DNA of 64,000 nucleotides from an uncultured Bacteroidota bacterium (lineage in GTDB: Bacteria > Bacteroidota > Bacteroidia > Bacteroidales > SZUA-534). The DNA is taken from contig CAMKOM010000001.1 of NCBI GenBank assembly GCA_946414435.1, positions 42,402 through 106,401 on the forward strand, in the 5' to 3' direction. Shown piece by piece: positions 59,175 to 64,000 of this stretch; positions within the stretch are counted from its first letter, which is position 1, and every line of letters begins with the position of its first letter. A program made the translations under genes and the position numbers. Below the pieces are notes generated by a model. That model saw nothing but the letters and a program-made list of their open reading frames with translations. It made no database searches and was not told the DNA's origin.

Positions 59175-60392
59175 CTACAGCGCCCTGACATACGTTGAAG
59201 GCGAGTCGAGAACTTTGATTTTGTCAACGTTTTCCTTGTCGATGGTGCTGATTTGCAGCAGCGAATCGACCACCGCGTCGGCCATTGTGGCGGGGATGCT
59301 CACGGCGCTGCGCACGAGCGACTGTTTGCCAAGTTCGCCTTGCCCCGATATGCGGGTGATGCGCGTTGTGGTTGCGCCTGTTGCGCCCACGCTCAAGCAG
59401 GTGGCTCGCAGGTCGTCGATGCGGTCCTCGTCCGATATGATGGTCACCTCGCAGTTGTCAGAATGAACACAAGCGTTGCGGTTGTCGGCCGACCCTTCGG
59501 CGTCGAGACGGCGGCGCCAGTTGGTGTTGCCCTTGAGCGAGTCGATGGCGGCTATCACCTGCTCCATTGACGCGGCGAACTTCTGCCCGCCAATCTTCAT
59601 ATAGGTATCGATAAGTCCCACAGTGATAGGCGTTTGATATATGAATCCACGTCCAGGGCGGTCGAGTTTGGCCTGCTCAGCCAGCAGTTGGGCAATGCTG
59701 CTCGAATCCTGCTCGGGCATAATCAGGTGCACAATCTCCTTCTCGGCGGGAATGGTGACGCGGATAAGGCCCAGTTGGTCGCGGATGTCGTTGCCAGTGG
59801 CGTTGGTGAGTTGCGGCACGCAGATTCCCAGGTCGAGCGCGTTCTTGGCCAGATTGTCGCCCTCGCCGTTCTCCGACAGCACGCAAATCATATACGAAAG
59901 GTGGTTCAGAAGCGTAACGTCGTTGTTTTCAACCTTTTTGCTATCCAGAAAAGCCAGATTGATGACAGGCGGCTGATTGCTGAACTCCATAAGGTCCTGC
60001 GAGAAGATGGTTCCGCGGCCAGGCACGTTCAGTCCCGCCAGGGCGATGATGGCACCGATGGTGTCTCTCACGTTCTCGCGCGGCACGGTGAAGCGGAAAA
60101 TGGTTGAAGGTGTGCTTCTTAACTTCACTGTATCGCCAGGAATGCCGAACGGCAGCGGCTTGACAAGTTCGCGCACGTTTCGGGCCTGCTCAATGTAGGC
60201 GTCAACCTCGAGTTGCGTCAGAAAATCCTGCACAACAGGCGCCAAATTGTTGTTAATCATACAGGTTATAAGGCTCACGCGGTGCGGCGTGTAGATGCCT
60301 TTGGCCATTTGCGTCCGCCAAACGGTACGCGACGGCGAGAACGCGCGGTTCCTGCTCGCCTTCTCCATTTCCATATTATCATTCATTGTCAT
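59175..60392 (-). CDS. Single-chain protein with three tandem PII-like (GlnB-fold) repeats
   Basis: Three ~110-130-aa segments, each with a beta-alpha-beta...beta-alpha-beta pattern. Examples: VSLITCMINNNLAPVVQDFLTQLEV...TIFRFTVPRENVRDTIGAIIALAGLNVPGRGTIFSQDL; MICVLSENGEGDNLAKNALDLGI...IVHLIMPEQDSSSIAQLLAEQAKLDRPGRGFIYQTPI; VTIISDEDRIDDLRATCLSVGATGATTTRI...SAVSIPATMADAVVDSLLQIS...KIKVLD. The start overlaps the upstream stop (ATGACAATGAATGA). Confidence 0.55.
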   Translation of the reverse strand: MTMNDNMEMEKASRNRAFSPSRTVWRTQMAKGIYTPHRVSLITCMINNNLAPVVQDFLTQLEVDAYIEQARNVRELVKPLPFGIPGDTVKLRSTPSTIFRFTVPRENVRDTIGAIIALAGLNVPGRGTIFSQDLMEFSNQPPVINLAFLDSKKVENNDVTLLNHLSYMICVLSENGEGDNLAKNALDLGICVPQLTNATGNDIRDQLGLIRVTIPAEKEIVHLIMPEQDSSSIAQLLAEQAKLDRPGRGFIYQTPITVGLIDTYMKIGGQKFAASMEQVIAAIDSLKGNTNWRRRLDAEGSADNRNACVHSDNCEVTIISDEDRIDDLRATCLSVGATGATTTRITRISGQGELGKQSLVRSAVSIPATMADAVVDSLLQISTIDKENVDKIKVLDSPSTYVRAL

Positions 60393-62436
60393 TGGTCTTT
60401 AGGGTTTTACGTTGTTTCAGTCGGGTGAAGATGCCGAACAGAAGCACAGTGATGATTGGCCAGGCCGAAGCCATTGCCAGAATGCCGAAACCGTCGGAAA
60501 TGTTGAGCGCTCCGCCGATTCCAAGGCCCAGAGCCAGCACCAGCGGCACGGTCACGGGTCCTGTGGTCACGCCGCCGCTATCCCAGGCGATTGAGGCGAA
60601 TCCGTCCTCGCTGAAAATGGTGAGAATCAGCAGCAAACCGTAAGAAATGACTATCAGCCAGACAAGCGGCAAATCGAACAAGATGCGCGCCAAACCGAGT
60701 ACAATGCCCATTCCCACGCCCACCGACACCACCTGTACAATCTGCTTGCGCTTGATGGCGCCAACGGTCAGGTCTTCAACCGTGATTCCCAATGCGTTAA
60801 GCGCGGGCTCGGCAAGTGTCGCGCCATAGCCAAGGCCGAAGGCGAACAGCAGCACCAGCACAAGTCCCAAAACCGACAACTTGCTGTTGAACAGCGGCTT
60901 TTCGGTAATTATCTGTGTATAAGTGTGTTTCTCACTGTCGTAATAAGCGGGATTGAACTCAACAGGCTTAACCTCGCCCTTCTCGTAAAGGTTGAAGAAG
61001 GTCAGATTTTCGCCCTCGGGGCTGATGCCGCTGTAGAGCATTGTGCTGTCGAAATTATTGATAACCACCTGCTCAACAAACTTCTCCTCGCTTGCGAAAG
61101 CCTTCGGCAACTGCGAGCCCACTTCGCCGCCGAGCGAACCCAAACCAAGTTTGATGCCCGATGTGAGCAGAATCATACCCACCAGCGTGAATGTCAGGCC
61201 CAGAGCCACTTCGTCTTTGTTGCGGATTTTCTCGCGAAGGAAGAGCGTGAGCACCAGAATGAGCAGCAGCGTGAGCGGAATCACAGCCCGCAGGCCGCCA
61301 ACCGTCTCCTCTTTGAGCGTTGTGCTCAGCGGCTCGGTGACGGGCGCCTCGCTTGCAATCTCAACCGACGAGAGCAGCCCGCGCTCGTAATCGCTTGCGC
61401 GAAGTGCGAGCCACTCCTGAAGTGTCTCATTTCCAAGATATTTCTTGCAGACCGAATCGTTTGTGGCGATGGCCATAACGGCTTTGTCGAACTGCGCCGA
61501 ATCGTTGCCAAACAAGGCGCGGCGGCCCGCCTCACTGCCGTGAGTGAAGGCGTGCTCGGCAATCATTGCCTCGTTGCCGTTGAACAGTTGAGCCGAAACG
61601 GTCTTATTTTCAGGCGCGAAGAATACTTCCTCGGTTGTGGCGGCGGGAATGAGCGTGTTCAGATACAAGCCAAGCCCCAGCACAGCCGCAATCGGAAATG
61701 CCGACGCCAGCATAATGATGCCGAATCCGCCGTCGTTGCCCGAGCCCTTGTTGGCCGTGCGCGAAACACCGATACCAAGCGCCAGCACAAGCGGCACGGT
61801 CACTGCACCAGTGGTTACGGCGCCGCAGTCCCAAGCCAGGCCTATTATCTTCGACAGATTGGCGTTGAACGACGCGTAAACCGTCATTGCCATAACCAGC
61901 GGAATGACCACGAAGATTATCGGTTTGATGTTCCAACCGTAGTAGAATCGGCACATACCGAGCGCCACAGCCAGTCCCACGCCCGCTCCAACGGCGTTGA
62001 CAAGCATTCCCGAGTATTTGTCGAGAATCATATAAAGCAGCGGTGAGTCCCACGCCGTGATGGTTGCGCCAGCCGTCTTCAGCGAACTGATGGCAGGCTC
62101 GGCAAGCGTTGAGCCGAAGCCCAGAATGACGCCGAAAATGCAGATTGGCACAATGCCCACTTTGGCGGGCAACTTCACTCCCACGCGCTCGCCAATGGGC
62201 ATCATACCCAGCACGAGTCCCTCAAGGAAGAAGGCCAGACCGAACACCACAAGGGCTATTCCGCCCGCCGTTCCCCAAGCGTTGGCCAGCGGCGTGCGCA
62301 GAATGGCCACCTGAAAAAACACAAGGTATAGGATGATAAAGGCTACCGACTTTATCTGTCCCATAATCCGCGATTTAGCGTAGCCGCCTATCATTGCAAG
62401 CGAATCGCCAATCGGAAGACGTTTCCTGTTTATCAT
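60379..62436 (-). CDS. Fused double DUF1538-like polytopic membrane protein (putative transporter)
   Basis: 685 aa with clear internal duplication (GLAWDCGAVTTGAVTVPLVLALGIG versus SIAWDSGGVTTGPVTVPLVLALGLG). The DUF1538 family call is from memory. Confidence 0.6.
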   Translation of the reverse strand: MINRKRLPIGDSLAMIGGYAKSRIMGQIKSVAFIILYLVFFQVAILRTPLANAWGTAGGIALVVFGLAFFLEGLVLGMMPIGERVGVKLPAKVGIVPICIFGVILGFGSTLAEPAISSLKTAGATITAWDSPLLYMILDKYSGMLVNAVGAGVGLAVALGMCRFYYGWNIKPIIFVVIPLVMAMTVYASFNANLSKIIGLAWDCGAVTTGAVTVPLVLALGIGVSRTANKGSGNDGGFGIIMLASAFPIAAVLGLGLYLNTLIPAATTEEVFFAPENKTVSAQLFNGNEAMIAEHAFTHGSEAGRRALFGNDSAQFDKAVMAIATNDSVCKKYLGNETLQEWLALRASDYERGLLSSVEIASEAPVTEPLSTTLKEETVGGLRAVIPLTLLLILVLTLFLREKIRNKDEVALGLTFTLVGMILLTSGIKLGLGSLGGEVGSQLPKAFASEEKFVEQVVINNFDSTMLYSGISPEGENLTFFNLYEKGEVKPVEFNPAYYDSEKHTYTQIITEKPLFNSKLSVLGLVLVLLFAFGLGYGATLAEPALNALGITVEDLTVGAIKRKQIVQVVSVGVGMGIVLGLARILFDLPLVWLIVISYGLLLILTIFSEDGFASIAWDSGGVTTGPVTVPLVLALGLGIGGALNISDGFGILAMASAWPIITVLLFGIFTRLKQRKTLKTNDNE

Positions 62437-62730
62437 ATTCTATTTCTTATTTAGTTGACTATCAAGTTATTACCTATTCACCATTGGTCATATAATCATT
62501 TTCAAATTCTTGCACTGAAAATCTTACAATTATACGGTTAATATCAATAACGTCAAATGGCGGATTTGGGCACTTTTTTTTATATCAGATATCAGTTTAA
62601 CCACCGCTTTTCTCCCGCTTGCAGTGCGGAAGCGCAAGGCGAATGCGGAAATTGTACAGCACGCTATTTATGGTGTCAATAAATTGGAATGTAATCAAAC
62701 TCATGACAAAGCTAAAATTGCGTATCTAAA

Positions 62731-63324
62731 TCACCGCAATTCAATCACCCGCGGTTCGCGCTCAATTTTAATGTCGTATGCCATAAGTGCGGCGTTGCTA
62801 AAGACAATTCCGTTTTTCTGGCAAAGACCGTAATTGTTGTGCGAATGGCCGAAAAGGTGCAGCCGCAGTGCGGGCAGCTCAAACACTTGCTTCAGAATCT
62901 CGCTGCTGCCATACTCGCCAATGCCGAGACTCTCCTCTCGGTCGAGAATGCCGAGCGGCGACTCGTGCGTGACAAGCACCTGAGTATCAGCGGGAATGGC
63001 GGCGTAGTGCATATAACCGGTGCCGTAGAACCTCACTCCGTCAATGGTTACGCCACGGTCTTGCAAAAAGTGGACGTTGGCTGGCAGGTTTTCGATATTA
63101 TCGGCATCGTAAAGGCATAAATCGTGGTTGCCGACAACGAAAATCTTGTACCTGTAGGGCAACTCAATGAACCAATTGAGAAATTTCAGGCACTCGTCAT
63201 CCGTTCCGAAATGGGTGAAATCGCCGCTGTGGACAATCACATCGGCCTCGGGCAAACGGCCAATCTGATTGTGAAGCCCGTGAGTATCGGAAAGGTGAAG
63301 GATTTTCATTTTCTGAAATTTCAA
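62731..63324 (-). CDS. Calcineurin-like metallophosphoesterase
   Basis: MKILHLSDTHG, GDFTHFG, VVGNHD, GHSH motifs. Confidence 0.85.
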   Translation of the reverse strand: MKFQKMKILHLSDTHGLHNQIGRLPEADVIVHSGDFTHFGTDDECLKFLNWFIELPYRYKIFVVGNHDLCLYDADNIENLPANVHFLQDRGVTIDGVRFYGTGYMHYAAIPADTQVLVTHESPLGILDREESLGIGEYGSSEILKQVFELPALRLHLFGHSHNNYGLCQKNGIVFSNAALMAYDIKIEREPRVIELR

Positions 63325-63343
63325 AGTTCAAATGTACCTTAAA

Positions 63344-63850
63344 TTACGATTCCTTCACCCACTTGTCGCACTGAAACGCCTTGCGGATTCGGAAATAGTG
63401 CGGAACGCTGTTTATGGCGGCCTCGTAGCGGGGAATTTCGTCAATCGCCTGCTCGAATTGTGCCATTGTGAGCGACTGCTTCAGAGCCAACTCGCGGCCC
63501 TTGGGCAGGCTGACGATTATCTCCTCAACACTTATCACGAAAGTAAAGCGCTCCGCATCCTCCTTTCGGGTGACGGTTGTGTTGGCGCGGTGGCGGCTCT
63601 CAACCCGATACCTGCTCGGTACGCTGTTTATGGCGGCAACGCTCTGCGGTATGCGGCTGAGCCACTTCTGCGCCAGGGCGGGATTGTCGGCAGGCAAGGT
63701 GACAACCAACTTCCGACCGTACCGCAGCCTCACCTCCAGCAGCCGTTCTTCGAGTTGATAATCAAGCCCAAACTCGCGCATTCGGTTCTTGACGATAGTG
63801 GCGGTTTGGTTTGTTTGGGGGGTGTGTTGTTTAGAGTTTAATGTGTTCAT
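63344..63850 (-). CDS. Hypothetical protein with an internal repeat
   Basis: LSRIPQSVAAINSVPSRYRV and IDEIPRYEAAINSVPHYFRI repeat about 65 aa apart. No recognisable family. Confidence 0.5.
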   Translation of the reverse strand: MNTLNSKQHTPQTNQTATIVKNRMREFGLDYQLEERLLEVRLRYGRKLVVTLPADNPALAQKWLSRIPQSVAAINSVPSRYRVESRHRANTTVTRKEDAERFTFVISVEEIIVSLPKGRELALKQSLTMAQFEQAIDEIPRYEAAINSVPHYFRIRKAFQCDKWVKES

Positions 63851-63871
63851 TGTCTGAAAAATAAGTTATTG

Positions 63872-64000
63872 TTAATCCCATAAATTGCAATAATGTTTGC
63901 AGAAAAGGTTGAGCCCAGTTTTTACGGCGGTTGCCTCCTCGCTTGTGAGCGTGCGCGTGGTGCTCATCAGCCCAAAGGCATCGGCCATCTGCCGAATGGC
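63872..64000 (-). CDS. 3' end of a minus-strand gene that continues beyond the window
   Basis: Frame is open from 64000 to the TAA at 63872-63874: AIRQMADAFGLMSTTRTLTSEEATAVKTGLNLFCKHYCNLWD*. Too short to classify. Confidence 0.35.
   Translation of the reverse strand, partial: AIRQMADAFGLMSTTRTLTSEEATAVKTGLNLFCKHYCNLWD

Overview
This 64-kb chromosomal window reads as Bacteroidota, probably Bacteroidales. Supporting signs are T9SS C-terminal sorting domains, a C10 protease, TAnnTTTG -7 boxes close to start codons, and a backbone of roughly 50-55% GC. I support about 49 protein genes. I saw no rRNA, tRNA, CRISPR array, transposase or integrase. The backbone carries four kinds of genes:
- Housekeeping: ettA, fmt, murB, an MtaB-like methylthiotransferase, an aminotransferase and HtrA.
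- Envelope: an LpxL-like acyltransferase, an OmpA-domain protein, a LysM glucosaminidase and T9SS cargo.
- Xylan degradation: a GH10-esterase fusion, GH8 and an esterase.
- Signalling: a SpoIIE phosphatase and SiaB/SiaC-like modules.

The stand-out is a visibly AT-rich block at about 15.0-23.6 kb that looks like an uncharacterised RiPP or bacteriocin gene cluster. It encodes a radical SAM/SPASM maturase and a 49-aa double-glycine-leader precursor (16868-17017) that is absent from the ORF track and is followed by its own terminator. It also encodes an E. coli-type YcaO with a long C-terminal region, an outer-membrane beta-barrel and a C39-peptidase ABC exporter. A histidine kinase with a degenerate receiver and a small HTH protein flank it.

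Secondary points of interest:
- A translationally coupled pair: a fused double-DUF1538 membrane protein and a single-chain protein with three PII-like repeats.
- Two signal-peptide-bearing paralogs that carry Cys4 zinc-ribbon motifs.
- A pervasive family of short tandem 'word' repeats filling intergenic spacers, with modules shared between distant loci.

All functional calls rest on motif reading by eye. No database search was possible.
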